Below the pieces are notes generated by a model. The model saw only the letters and a list, made by a program, of their open reading frames with translations. It did not search any database and had not been told where the DNA came from. The translations under genes were made by a program, and so were the position numbers. Positions 1 through 9,816 of a stretch of 62,746 nucleotides of DNA are shown here, piece by piece. Each line of letters opens with the position of its first letter. Positions within the stretch are counted from its first letter, which is position 1. The DNA is from Verrucomicrobia bacterium UBA3624. Its GTDB lineage: Bacteria; Verrucomicrobiota; Kiritimatiellia; RFP12; UBA1067. Location: positions 1 through 62,746 of the forward strand of contig DFLH01000011.1 of assembly GCA_002373695.1 (NCBI GenBank), written 5' to 3'.

Positions 1-57
1 CCCCCGGCTTATCAGGTGGTAGCACATGTCCGTCTGGAAATTCCGCAGTCGTCGCAT
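1..57 (-). mobile_element. N-terminus of a REP-associated tyrosine transposase (RAYT/Y1 TnpA-like); runs off the window edge
   Basis: My translation from ATG at 57 gives MRRLRNFQTDMCYHLISRG, matching the typical RAYT start (MxRxxR...YH[VL]xxRG). A TACACT -10 box lies 7 nt upstream and a REP-like GGGGTCAGACCC ~55 bp upstream. Only 19 codons are visible. Confidence 0.6.
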
Positions 58-82
58 GGCGAACAGTGTATCAAAGATTCCG

Positions 83-469
83 CTACTCCACCATTCCTAC
101 TCCACCAATGGGGTCAGACCCTCTGCTCTCTCCCGGCATGCCGTCTTTCATGTCCGCGCGCCTGCGGATGATGAACGCGCCGTAGATGCGCCCGTTCGCG
201 CAGGCGATTCCGCCGAGATGTCCGGGTGCGTTGACGTGCTTCACCAACTTCCCGTCCCAGTCGAGCTTGGCGAGGCCCGTCTGGTGAGAGAGGTAGATGC
301 CCTTCCCGGAACAGGCAAGTCCCTGTATATGCCCGGACTTCACCAGCATGTCGAATTCATGCGGAACGGTCAGGATGGCCTTCATCCCGGCCGGCTCCGC
401 CGCGCCTGACATCGCTGCGCAGACAAAGGTGAAAATCGCAATGCAAGAAGTAAGACTTGTCCGTTTCAT
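83..469 (-). pseudogene. Secreted beta-propeller-like protein, probably 3'-truncated
   Basis: Signal peptide and GHIQG / GHLGG blade-like motifs. After KDGMPG the frame reads through the GGGGTCAGACCC repeat and a CTACTCCACCA duplication and stops. Confidence 0.5.
107..122 (+). repeat. GGGG(T/A)CAG(A/G)CCC REP-like unit
   Basis: aatggggtcagaccct is near-identical to gatggggacagaccct at 59723-59738. Confidence 0.7.
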
Positions 470-493
470 TTTTTGTTTCTACCCCATTGCATC

Positions 494-3400
494 TTACAAG
501 ATGGAGATAATCATTCCGGAAGTGCCGGGCTTCACATAAAGGACACCGTCTATGAGCTGCGTCTTGCAACGGTTGAATTTCCCGGCGTTGCGCGCACGGA
601 GCGAATCGGGCACCGTCACCGTGCCGCTCGCAGCCGCTACGGGCGTCCAGCCCGTCGGCACGACGGCGCATCCGCCGAAATCGACTGCCGAGCTGGCCGC
701 AAGCGTCAGGTCGCCATCGACCGCGAGTATCGACCCCGCGTCATTTGCCGAGATTGCACCGGTCACGGTGAGCGAGCCGTTGCGGACAAGTCCGGAGGCG
801 GCGATCTTGCCAACGCTCACGGAAACGCCGCCGAGGTCGAGCGCCGCGCCATCCGAAACGGCAATGTCGCCGGAAACAGCGTCACCGCTCGTAATGGAGA
901 GCAGACCGCCCTCCACCCGCGTCGGACCCGTAAACGTGTTCGCGCCGGAGAGGACGAGCGTACCTGCGCCGCGTTTCGTGAAGCCGCCGTCGGCCGCGCC
1001 ATCAAGCGCGGGATCCTTCAGGAGGTTCTGCGCAATCGTGTAGGCTCCGCCGGAAGCAAGCGCGGAAGTATCCACAATCGCGCCTCCGGCGGCTATATTG
1101 GCCACGGCGAGGCCGGTGAGCGTCCTGTTTGCCGCCGCCGCGTTCGGCGCGAATACGCCGCCGTCGAAGACAAGGCGCTGATAAGGATTGTTGGCGGCTG
1201 TTTGAACGATGTTCGGCGCGGAAAGGACGCCGCCCTTGAGGAATATGCCGCCATCTACAGCGTAGTCGGGGTGGAACTCGCAACGGGAGAGGTCGATATC
1301 CCCACCAACCGAGAGCGTGCCGCCGTTCATGTTGACGATGCCTTGCGCAGCACCCCTTGTTGCGTCTGTATTATAGTTCCAGTACGTGAGCCACATTTTG
1401 TCGCCCACGGTCATGGCCGCGCCGTCGTTTATGGTGAGCGTACTCGTGCAGCCGCGGCGTTGCCGGTTATGCCCGAACCGCACCTGACCGGTGACTTCAA
1501 GCGTTCCGCCGTTCAAGGTTATTTCAGAATTTGCGCGACCGGTAGCAGGATTGTTGGTGTTCACCGACGAAGAGAGACTCGTCACGCTTACCTTGCCCCC
1601 GGACTGCGTGTAGGTGCACGTGTGCTTGTCGGCAACACTATCTCCATCGACCGGCAGATTGGCTATGTACAGGTATTGGGCGGAGATCTCGCCGCCGGTG
1701 ACGGTCAGGGACTTGGGCCCACTACCTTCAATGTCGCCGACATAGATATTGTTGTATGTCGCATCTGCCGAAAGGGTCACATTCGTACCGTCGGTCGCGA
1801 GCCTAAGATCGGCCGGGTCGTCTCCGGTGACGGTCAGAACAAGCGCCGTGTATCCGGCATAGTCGCCTTCTGTCAGCGCCAACGTCTCGGCGGTCAGCGA
1901 GTAGGTCGTTGCCGATGCCGGCAACTGGAAGAGCGATGCATCAATGGGAGATGTGGCCTTGAACACCATCGCCGTGCAGACGCCAGCGTTCACGGCGGCG
2001 GCTCTATTCCATCCAGTGCAGAACGAGATCTCGACCGGCGACAGGACGGAGAGCGACTCCACGGCAAGCGCGGGGACCGGCCCGGCAACCGGTTGGAACA
2101 GTACCGGAGCAGTGGCATCGGCCCTGCCGAACGTGAGCGAATTCACCTTCGCGCAAGTCGAACTGTCGTATTGCTTGAAAAGCGAACCCGGCAGAAGCGT
2201 GATGGTCTGGTTGGCAAGAGGTTCCGCATGGCTGACCGTAATATAACCGCCTTCCTCTGCCGTGATTCCGCCATTCATGGTGGATCCGACAAATCCCGAA
2301 CCAAACCCGAGACACACGGGTTCTCCCGGTGTGCCGCGCACCGTGATGCCGCCATCGACCGCCGCGCCAGAAGGATCATGCTCGAACGGGGAGTTGCAGC
2401 TGAAGCGAACCCAACCTTCATCACGGCCGCCATCCCGCCAGTGCGAAAGGTCGTATGTGACCCCGCCATCGGAAATGAGTACACTTGAGTATCTTGGAGT
2501 ATAGAGGACGGCGTTCTCATTCGCTACAAGATAGATGGTGCCGCCGTTCAAGCGAATGGGATGTTCTTCATCGTACGACGTAGCGCTGGCGATATTCATT
2601 GCAAAAATCGAGCCTCCCTCGTTGAGATAGAGGTCGAAGGTGGCGTTTTTCACATTCGGCTTGATCGACCCTGTGACATCAAGCACGCCTCCATTCTCCA
2701 CAATCACTTTGCCGCCGGCGCCTGTGCCGGTGAGATTGCCGTCAATGAGAAGTCTGCCGTTCACGGTGATTGTCTCCGAACCGACGGAAGTGGCGCCAAG
2801 CGCGAATTCCTCGCCGGCGGCCACGGTAAAGTCAACGCCGGCGGCAGGTTGGGCGGCGATTTTCATCGAGAGCGTGGCGGTGTCGCCTTCGGTGGCGACG
2901 GAAAACGCGTAGACGTTGCCGCTGGAGGCCGTGGCACACGACCACGTTACGGCTGCGAGCGTGGCGGCGTATTCCGCCGGAACCTTCAGAACGGCATAAG
3001 TGCCGGGCGCGGTCACTGCGGTGGTGACGGGCGTGTTGGCGTTATACAGCGCGATCTTCGCGTAGGCCGGGAGCGCGAGCGAGCCAGTGACGGTCAGCGT
3101 ATAAGGCGTCGATGAACTTGTGCCGAAACCGAGGATGGCGTCTTTTTCGAGAACAAGATCCGCGACGGTCTTGTTTCCGCCGCCAGTACACAGTTCGCTG
3201 CCGGAACCGACTGTGACGGTCGAAGTGGAGGGGATCGTACCATTGGCATCGAGGAACAGCACCGCCCCGTTCTTGATTACTGTCGGGCCTTCGTAGGCAT
3301 TGCCTGCGGCGGCGAACTCCCAATCCCCGTTGTTGAACGTCAGCCCCTTGGCGGTCTCGCCCGCTCCGGCGGCTTCGGCGGCGACGGGGATGCCGATTTT

Positions 3401-4396
3401 CGCTGTACCTGCATTCGCGCTATTCTTGGTTGTGAAAGTCGCGCCCTTTGGTCCGACTTTGAACGACGCTGCGCCCAAGGCCGAAATCCAATCCCTTTCG
3501 GTCGATCTGCTTGCAGACGCATTGTCGTTTGCCAGCGTTCCGCCATCGACATTCAGATGCACGTTGGGGATGCAAGAACCCTTAGAGTGTTTCGCCATCT
3601 GGAAACCCAGTGTTCCGCCATCGTGGATATTGGCGGAAAGAGATGTGTCGGGATAGCTGACGTATTTGTTGTGAACATATAGAGAGGCGATGTTGCGGAG
3701 CTGGGCGTCGCCGGAAATATCGACGGTAGCAGTCGTCACGCCTTTGCCGGCGTTTCCATACAGAAGGAAATTATTGCCGTTCACATCGAACGATCCGCCG
3801 GTCATGGTGAAGGAGGTGGTCAATCCCCTGCGGTATCCGAGCTGTACATTGCAGCTGGAACCCATTTGCACAGAACCGCCGGTCTGGCGGAAGTGCGCCG
3901 TTCCGGCGACGTCGTAACACAGATAAAGACCTCCGCCGAAACTAGTCTCACCGCCAGCTATTTCAAGGGTGTTTCGGGTGACATCGGTCAGCCCAAAGGC
4001 ATTGTTGCCGGAAAGCGTGATCTTTTCATCCGGGGAGAAGGTGGTCGTATCGGCATCAGAGGAGATGTCGTTGGCGATCGTACCGGAGCCGGAGATGGTA
4101 CCACCAGTGATGTTCAGCGCGCCCGAGCCCAAGGGCGAGACTCCGTCGTGATACGTCCCGGAATAGGCGAGCGTGCCGCCGGAAAGGGTCGTGCCGCCGG
4201 TGTAGGTGTTGGCCGGATTGAGCGAGACCGTCCCCGGACCTGCGATCTCAACCGAGGTCCCGCCCGTGTAGAGGGCAAAGACATTCGTGCTCGTCCCGCT
4301 CGGCGGCGCAAGCGTCACCGTCGCGCCCGATGCCGCAACTGCCGCAGCCGCAATGATCGCGGCCGTGCCACTCATCGTTGTTCTTTTCGTCTTCAT
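494..4396 (-). CDS. Large secreted protein with autotransporter passenger-associated (PATR) beta-strand repeats, no beta-barrel
   Basis: 1300 aa, signal peptide, repeats NTYTGGTTLSGGTL, NAYEGPTVIKNG and FTKRGAGTLVLSGANTFTGPTRVEGG; ends GTSGMIISIL. Confidence 0.85.
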   Translation of the reverse strand: MKTKRTTMSGTAAIIAAAAVAASGATVTLAPPSGTSTNVFALYTGGTSVEIAGPGTVSLNPANTYTGGTTLSGGTLAYSGTYHDGVSPLGSGALNITGGTISGSGTIANDISSDADTTTFSPDEKITLSGNNAFGLTDVTRNTLEIAGGETSFGGGLYLCYDVAGTAHFRQTGGSVQMGSSCNVQLGYRRGLTTSFTMTGGSFDVNGNNFLLYGNAGKGVTTATVDISGDAQLRNIASLYVHNKYVSYPDTSLSANIHDGGTLGFQMAKHSKGSCIPNVHLNVDGGTLANDNASASRSTERDWISALGAASFKVGPKGATFTTKNSANAGTAKIGIPVAAEAAGAGETAKGLTFNNGDWEFAAAGNAYEGPTVIKNGAVLFLDANGTIPSTSTVTVGSGSELCTGGGNKTVADLVLEKDAILGFGTSSSTPYTLTVTGSLALPAYAKIALYNANTPVTTAVTAPGTYAVLKVPAEYAATLAAVTWSCATASSGNVYAFSVATEGDTATLSMKIAAQPAAGVDFTVAAGEEFALGATSVGSETITVNGRLLIDGNLTGTGAGGKVIVENGGVLDVTGSIKPNVKNATFDLYLNEGGSIFAMNIASATSYDEEHPIRLNGGTIYLVANENAVLYTPRYSSVLISDGGVTYDLSHWRDGGRDEGWVRFSCNSPFEHDPSGAAVDGGITVRGTPGEPVCLGFGSGFVGSTMNGGITAEEGGYITVSHAEPLANQTITLLPGSLFKQYDSSTCAKVNSLTFGRADATAPVLFQPVAGPVPALAVESLSVLSPVEISFCTGWNRAAAVNAGVCTAMVFKATSPIDASLFQLPASATTYSLTAETLALTEGDYAGYTALVLTVTGDDPADLRLATDGTNVTLSADATYNNIYVGDIEGSGPKSLTVTGGEISAQYLYIANLPVDGDSVADKHTCTYTQSGGKVSVTSLSSSVNTNNPATGRANSEITLNGGTLEVTGQVRFGHNRQRRGCTSTLTINDGAAMTVGDKMWLTYWNYNTDATRGAAQGIVNMNGGTLSVGGDIDLSRCEFHPDYAVDGGIFLKGGVLSAPNIVQTAANNPYQRLVFDGGVFAPNAAAANRTLTGLAVANIAAGGAIVDTSALASGGAYTIAQNLLKDPALDGAADGGFTKRGAGTLVLSGANTFTGPTRVEGGLLSITSGDAVSGDIAVSDGAALDLGGVSVSVGKIAASGLVRNGSLTVTGAISANDAGSILAVDGDLTLAASSAVDFGGCAVVPTGWTPVAAASGTVTVPDSLRARNAGKFNRCKTQLIDGVLYVKPGTSGMIISIL

Positions 4397-4424
4397 TGCC
4401 GTCTCCTTGCTTGTTTTTGTAAAT

Positions 4425-6320
4425 TCACTGATGCGTTACTGCACCAGAACCGCCGCCAGCCCTGCGCTTCCAGTATCTGTCCGGCGAAAGGAAGAGACTG
4501 CCCTCCGCGCCCGTTACGTCGAGATAGACCGTGGGACGCTTCTTAGAAGAATTCACGACCTCCGCGCGCCACAGTCCCTCCGGCGCGTTCGCCCGATCGT
4601 ACCGCGCCCAGTTCGCGACAGGGCTGCGTTCCCAGACCTTCTCGCCGGACGGCGAAAACAGCTTCGCCACGGCGTCGTTTCCGGAATCCTGCCCTGCCAT
4701 GAACGCGAAACGGCTCCCCGCGTCCGTGCGGAAATGCACGCTTCCCGGCCTGGCCGCGAAAAGCTGCGGACGGCTTGCGATCCGCACCGCCACCGGCGCA
4801 TCCGCCTCTATGACACGCACCGCATGGCGTTTGGCGTCGATCTTGAGCGTGTAGAAGCCCGGCGTCTTCGCCTCGAAGGAAAGTTCGACGGGCTTTCCCG
4901 CTATCGTCGGCAGACGCGCCGCCAGCCGCTTTCCGTCCTTCCAAAGCTCCGCGACGGCGGGAACCAGAGGACGCGCGGACACCCTCGCGAGCTGCATCCC
5001 GAGCCTCACGCGCCGCGGGCGGTCCGCGGCGACCGTCAGCTCGATGATGCCGGCGGGGCACGCGGCGGCGATCTTTCGCATCTCCCCGGGCGCGGGATCG
5101 ACGATTTCCGCATTCTCGAAGCGGAGCGCGTCGATTCGCGCCGGAACCGCGCCGGACGCCAGCCAGTCCTCGCCCTGATCGGAGAACTTCGGACGCGGGA
5201 ACGGCTGACAGATCTCAAGGCCGCTGAAATCCACGCCGCCGACCCGGGGGGTGTCCCAAAGGCGCGTCACGAGCCGCACGTCCGGCCCGTTCGTGACGGC
5301 GGTGCAGCAATCGACGATGCGGCAGTCGCGGAACGAAATCGAAGCGGAAAAGGCGGGCTTGTCGAGTATTTCCACGCCCGACCTCTGCGCGCGCTCGAAC
5401 GTGCAGCCGACGAGTTCGACTTTTCCGCCGACCGGCAGATCGTTGTATGTCCGCCGCGCCTGTACATACGCGAAGCCGACGGCGTTGCCTCGCGAGACGC
5501 AGTTTTCGAAACGCGCCGTCACGGGCGCGGTCGAGGAATTGATGCAGCCAAGGTAAAACTCTATTCCGCGCCCCTTGTTGTTCTCGAACCGGCAGTTCCT
5601 GACGACGATGTCCTGAAGCATCTCGCAGGGATTGTTCGGCTCGAAATCGACGCCGGCCGCCGGCGGCGTCCCTGCCGTCTCGGAGAAATCGCAGTTGTCG
5701 CAGAGAAGCCTCTTCACGGAAATGACGCTCAGCCCCTGGCGGTAGTTGCGGAGGCACTTCACGTCCTTCAAAACGACATCCTCCGGCGGCAGAGACGTTC
5801 CTTTCGCCGGGACTAGCGGGGCGACATACACGCCATCGCCGCCCGATTCCGCGAGCGTCAGCCCCTCGACGCGGATGTTCCGCCCGCCGCGGATGCTCAG
5901 CACGTGGCGCCACTCGCTTTTCTCGTAGGGCGGCGCATCGTAGGCGGCACGCTCCATCTTCAGCGTCGCGCCATACCCCGAGAGTACGACGTTCGTGCAT
6001 CCGGCGAAACGCAAAAGGCAGTCGTTGCGCCCCCTGAACGCGCCGGGCTTCGCGCGCACGACAACGCCCTTTTCGAAAACGACTTTCTGGTTTGGCGCGC
6101 CCGTGAGGCAAGTAACGATCCAGTCGGACGGCTGAAGGTCAACCACAACCTTCTCCGCTCCGCTTGAAAGCGCGGCCTGGAGAAAGCGGGTCGAATCTGC
6201 GGCGTCGAACCCGAAATCGCGAGACACCACCACCTCGCGTCCGGCGAACGACGCCGTCGCAACAAGCAAAACCGTTACGGCAAGAAGCGGAATTCTTCTC
6301 ACAACCGGCATCTCCAGCAA
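4425..6320 (-). CDS. Secreted right-handed parallel beta-helix (pectin-lyase-like) protein
   Basis: FGFDAADSTRFLQAAL, ESGGDGVY, NYRQGLSVIS and AGVDFEPN motifs; signal peptide. True start may be 3-6 codons downstream. Confidence 0.8.
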   Translation of the reverse strand: MLEMPVVRRIPLLAVTVLLVATASFAGREVVVSRDFGFDAADSTRFLQAALSSGAEKVVVDLQPSDWIVTCLTGAPNQKVVFEKGVVVRAKPGAFRGRNDCLLRFAGCTNVVLSGYGATLKMERAAYDAPPYEKSEWRHVLSIRGGRNIRVEGLTLAESGGDGVYVAPLVPAKGTSLPPEDVVLKDVKCLRNYRQGLSVISVKRLLCDNCDFSETAGTPPAAGVDFEPNNPCEMLQDIVVRNCRFENNKGRGIEFYLGCINSSTAPVTARFENCVSRGNAVGFAYVQARRTYNDLPVGGKVELVGCTFERAQRSGVEILDKPAFSASISFRDCRIVDCCTAVTNGPDVRLVTRLWDTPRVGGVDFSGLEICQPFPRPKFSDQGEDWLASGAVPARIDALRFENAEIVDPAPGEMRKIAAACPAGIIELTVAADRPRRVRLGMQLARVSARPLVPAVAELWKDGKRLAARLPTIAGKPVELSFEAKTPGFYTLKIDAKRHAVRVIEADAPVAVRIASRPQLFAARPGSVHFRTDAGSRFAFMAGQDSGNDAVAKLFSPSGEKVWERSPVANWARYDRANAPEGLWRAEVVNSSKKRPTVYLDVTGAEGSLFLSPDRYWKRRAGGGSGAVTHQ

Positions 6321-6460
6321 ACGGCCGAATCTACAGCAAGTTTCATTGCAATCTCCCTTGTTTTTTGGACGGCATTACCGAACGACACCTCGCCGTTGCG
6401 CTGCCATTATACCAAATCCATGCCAAAGCACAAGGGGGGAGGGGATGTAGTTTGTGTAGT

Positions 6461-9400
6461 TTAGAAGGTGCGTCCGCCAAGAAGAGCCCGGGCGTGCATG
6501 GCGAACACGCCTCGCACGTCTCTTGCATACGATTCGAGTATCCTGCGCGCCGTTCCTCCGTGATCTCCACACGCCAGGAGCGCGCGGGCCAGATGAAGCT
6601 CGCGCATGCAGCGCGATATCTCCGGACTTGAGCCGAATCCACCTGACGGCTCGATTGCGTCCTGTTCGTGCCGCGACCAGCCTGCCACGCCAGGCTTCGC
6701 AAGCACGGAGGCCAGCACGGGCGCGGCACGGCGGTCGCCCAGCGCCTCGAGCGCCAGCGCAACCGCGCGCACATGGCTCAGCACGGACTTCCTGTCCAAC
6801 TTCTCCGCCTCTGCCAGGAGCGGATCGAGCGCCAGCGGGCTTCTTGTCCGTCCAAGGGCTACAATCATGCTGTCGCGCTCCGACATCCTGCGCCCGAACG
6901 CGGCAAGTCCCCTGGCGTTGATTTCGATTTTCGCATCGCGCCCGTCAATCTGCCGCGCAAGCGTCTCGGCTCCAGTCCCGTCGCCCAGGATGCCAAGCAC
7001 GTGGGCATAGACGAGCCGCGACTCGGGCGACTTTGCGCAGGCATACGCCTCCCTGAGGGCGGGAACGGCGCGGACGCGGTCCGTCAGCACGAGCGACACG
7101 CCCTTGTACCCGTCGCCAACATCGCGCACGGCCTGCGCCCACCGTTCTGGATCCACGAAACAATTGTCCTCCCATTCCAACGCCTCTTCGGGGATGACGC
7201 CCTTTTCCGAGAGATGCCGCTGGAGGGACTTCACGTCGATGTCGCGCAGCTCCTTCCCTGTCGCAGACGCCATCGCCGCCGCCGCTCCGGCCGCGTAACC
7301 TATGTTCTGCATGTCCGCCTGCATGCGCATGAGAGGCAGCGCGTCGCGATGGGCGCTGATCGCAAGCCCGGCGACGGCAAGCCCGTCTACGGTCTTCGGC
7401 AGCAGGGCGCGGTACGGGACGTTCACGCCGTACACCTTCTTCCCCTCTGCCTCGCTCACGTAGCAGATGTCATCCACGGACGGACCGTGGCTGTCGAAGT
7501 CGCTTCGCCCCTGCGCTATCGTGTCCGGGAACGTGCGCCCATTGACCACATCGAGCGGCGTCACCTCAACCGTACCTACGATGCGGCGGCGCTCTCTGCT
7601 TTCCGCAAGCTGCGAAATGTCCCATACGCCGCTCGTAGCGCCGGCACGTCCGCGCACTCCGAAAAGCCATAGGTCTGCGGCATCGCCGTCGTTCACGTAC
7701 CCCCAATCCGAGTTGGTGTAGCTTGCACCGAGGCGGCGTTCGGAAAGTCCTGCCCCCTGGAGGGTTATCTCGCCGGCGCCGACATACCGGCATTCCACGC
7801 CGGCGGTCGCGGCGACGTCCGCGTTTCCGGTGGCGTCTACGACGTTCCTCGCCAGCGCTACGCCTCGCCCGTGCGGCGTAGCGACCACGATGCCGCATAC
7901 CCTCCCGTCCTTCATCACCGTTCCGCACGCCATCGCGCCGAACCAAAGCTCTGTTCCGGCATTCCTGCTCGCGCGCCGCCACCACTCTCCCTTGCCGACC
8001 ACATGCACGGCCGCGCCGATCTCCTTCACGCCCCTGTCATGTTCGGCGGTAAACCCGCATGCGTTCCCGTACCAGTACTTGCCGATCATTCCCAGGGTGC
8101 CGACTCCACCCAGCCCGTACAGGCATTCCACCACGAGAGTCCTGGCGCCGCGGCGCCCTGCGGCAATCCCCGCCGGAGCGCCGGCGGTGCCTCCCCCGGC
8201 GACCACCACGTCGTATTCGCCGAAGACCGGAAGCGGCATCTCCGGCGATTCCACTTCCGGCAACCCCTTGTCGAACGGACGAAAGCCGGCGAGCACCTCG
8301 CGGATGTCGCAGGATGGAGGCCGATCTCCATCCGCCCCAAGCGCCCGGAAAACCACGACAGGGTCACCGGCCGCGACATTGCGCGCCATCGCGTCGCGCG
8401 CTGCGGCCGCGCCAATCTCGGTGCCCTTCCTCATGAACGCAAGGGGACGAAGCTCCGCTTCGGAAAGCGGAGCGCATCCGCCCAGAACGAAGAGATGCGG
8501 TACGGATCCGGAAATCCTGTCCGGCGGAACGTGGAAAAGCGTGTCCGATGCGTCCAGCTGTCCTGCGGTGAACGTCCTGTCGCGCGCGAGCTGCTCCGCT
8601 GCGGCGAAAGACGCAAAAGATCCGTCTCTCATCGGAATGGACAGCTCGCACTCCCACATTCTCCCGTCGCGCGCCTCCGTTCCCAGACCGTCCGCGCGGT
8701 ACGTGCCGGGAAGTTGGCGAACCGTCATCCCCGGCGCGTCGGGCGGACGGTCGAACGACACCACTATCCGCTTGAACTTCTGCTCGCCTTGCGGATATGG
8801 GGTGAATTCCGCACCGGCGAGACGCGCCACGGTCGCGCGGTCCGTGGCGTCCACAACAGTCTTCGCCCTGATTGCCTGCCTGCCGCCGCGGTTCGCGATC
8901 ACCACTCCAGACACCGCTCCCCTGCCGTCGCGCAGAACATCCGTGACATACGATCCGGTGATGAAATGGACGCCGTTGGAAAGCAACGCGGAGTCGAACG
9001 TCCTCTTCACGTGCAGCGGAGTAGGCACATGGCGGACGGCCGTTCCGGACCGTGACTTTATCGATATCTCGCCGATCAGCATCCTGCCGCACGTCTCCCG
9101 GCGGAAGACTGCAATTCCGACAAACCGCGCATCCCGGTCCACTTTGGCGCACCATCTCTGCAGATCGGTACCGCCGGCTTCACGCACGAGAGGCGCGGGT
9201 TCAGACCATCGCTTGCCGTCCATGCTCGTCACAAACCGCGCGTGCTGCACTCCATAGTCGTTGCGCCTGCGGTAGGTGACAAGCTCGATGCCATCCACCC
9301 GCCTGACGGCGCCAAGGTCCGCATCGATCTTGACCTTTGGGACATTGAACTGCACCGATCCCCTCACGACGTCATCCGTCTTCCCGTCGCAAAGGGTCCG

Positions 9401-9802
9401 TCCGTTGCGGTCGTGGTGTGGCGCGACAGAAGGCGCGTCCGCCGAGTATGTGAACGGAAGGCATGTAGTATCGTCCAGCCACAGAGCCCTTTCCAGGCCG
9501 GAATCCGGATTCTCGCCGTCGTTCAGGGACAGCCTCAGCGTTCCGGCGATGTCGTCGCCGACGTACGGACGCGGAGCCGCAAGATAGACATCGGCCCCGG
9601 CCGACTTCGCAGCCAGCGCCGCCGCAACCGCGGCCGACGATCCGCCTACGACAAGCACGTCCGTCTCCTTCGCTAGGGGAATCTTCCTCGCCGGCTCTAC
9701 CACGCAACGCGGCTGCGCCGCAGCCGCCGCCAGGAAGAGGCATCCTGCAAGACATGCCGCAGCTTCCGGTCCTGCGGCAGCACGCCATTTCCGTATGGAC
9801 AT
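6461..9802 (-). CDS. Secreted FAD-dependent oxidoreductase (two FAD_oxidored-type domains, inserted discoidin-like domain, HEAT-like C-terminus)
   Basis: Start reassigned to ATG 9802 (MSIRKW, GGAG upstream); the longer ORF call overlaps the upstream gene. Motifs DVLVVGGS, YDVVVAGGGTAG, VVDAT (x2), VPYRALLP. Confidence 0.85.
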   Translation of the reverse strand: MSIRKWRAAAGPEAAACLAGCLFLAAAAAQPRCVVEPARKIPLAKETDVLVVGGSSAAVAAALAAKSAGADVYLAAPRPYVGDDIAGTLRLSLNDGENPDSGLERALWLDDTTCLPFTYSADAPSVAPHHDRNGRTLCDGKTDDVVRGSVQFNVPKVKIDADLGAVRRVDGIELVTYRRRNDYGVQHARFVTSMDGKRWSEPAPLVREAGGTDLQRWCAKVDRDARFVGIAVFRRETCGRMLIGEISIKSRSGTAVRHVPTPLHVKRTFDSALLSNGVHFITGSYVTDVLRDGRGAVSGVVIANRGGRQAIRAKTVVDATDRATVARLAGAEFTPYPQGEQKFKRIVVSFDRPPDAPGMTVRQLPGTYRADGLGTEARDGRMWECELSIPMRDGSFASFAAAEQLARDRTFTAGQLDASDTLFHVPPDRISGSVPHLFVLGGCAPLSEAELRPLAFMRKGTEIGAAAARDAMARNVAAGDPVVVFRALGADGDRPPSCDIREVLAGFRPFDKGLPEVESPEMPLPVFGEYDVVVAGGGTAGAPAGIAAGRRGARTLVVECLYGLGGVGTLGMIGKYWYGNACGFTAEHDRGVKEIGAAVHVVGKGEWWRRASRNAGTELWFGAMACGTVMKDGRVCGIVVATPHGRGVALARNVVDATGNADVAATAGVECRYVGAGEITLQGAGLSERRLGASYTNSDWGYVNDGDAADLWLFGVRGRAGATSGVWDISQLAESRERRRIVGTVEVTPLDVVNGRTFPDTIAQGRSDFDSHGPSVDDICYVSEAEGKKVYGVNVPYRALLPKTVDGLAVAGLAISAHRDALPLMRMQADMQNIGYAAGAAAAMASATGKELRDIDVKSLQRHLSEKGVIPEEALEWEDNCFVDPERWAQAVRDVGDGYKGVSLVLTDRVRAVPALREAYACAKSPESRLVYAHVLGILGDGTGAETLARQIDGRDAKIEINARGLAAFGRRMSERDSMIVALGRTRSPLALDPLLAEAEKLDRKSVLSHVRAVALALEALGDRRAAPVLASVLAKPGVAGWSRHEQDAIEPSGGFGSSPEISRCMRELHLARALLACGDHGGTARRILESYARDVRGVFAMHARALLGGRTF

Positions 9803-9816
9803 CTCGCTTCTCCAGC

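Noticed and set aside
473-2488. Long opposite-strand or alternative-frame ORFs (e.g. 473-2488, 4287-5816, 35710-37506, 45795-47258, 56838-58763)
   Set aside because: Shadow ORFs of real genes in high-GC DNA; Arg/Ala-rich with no recognisable motifs.
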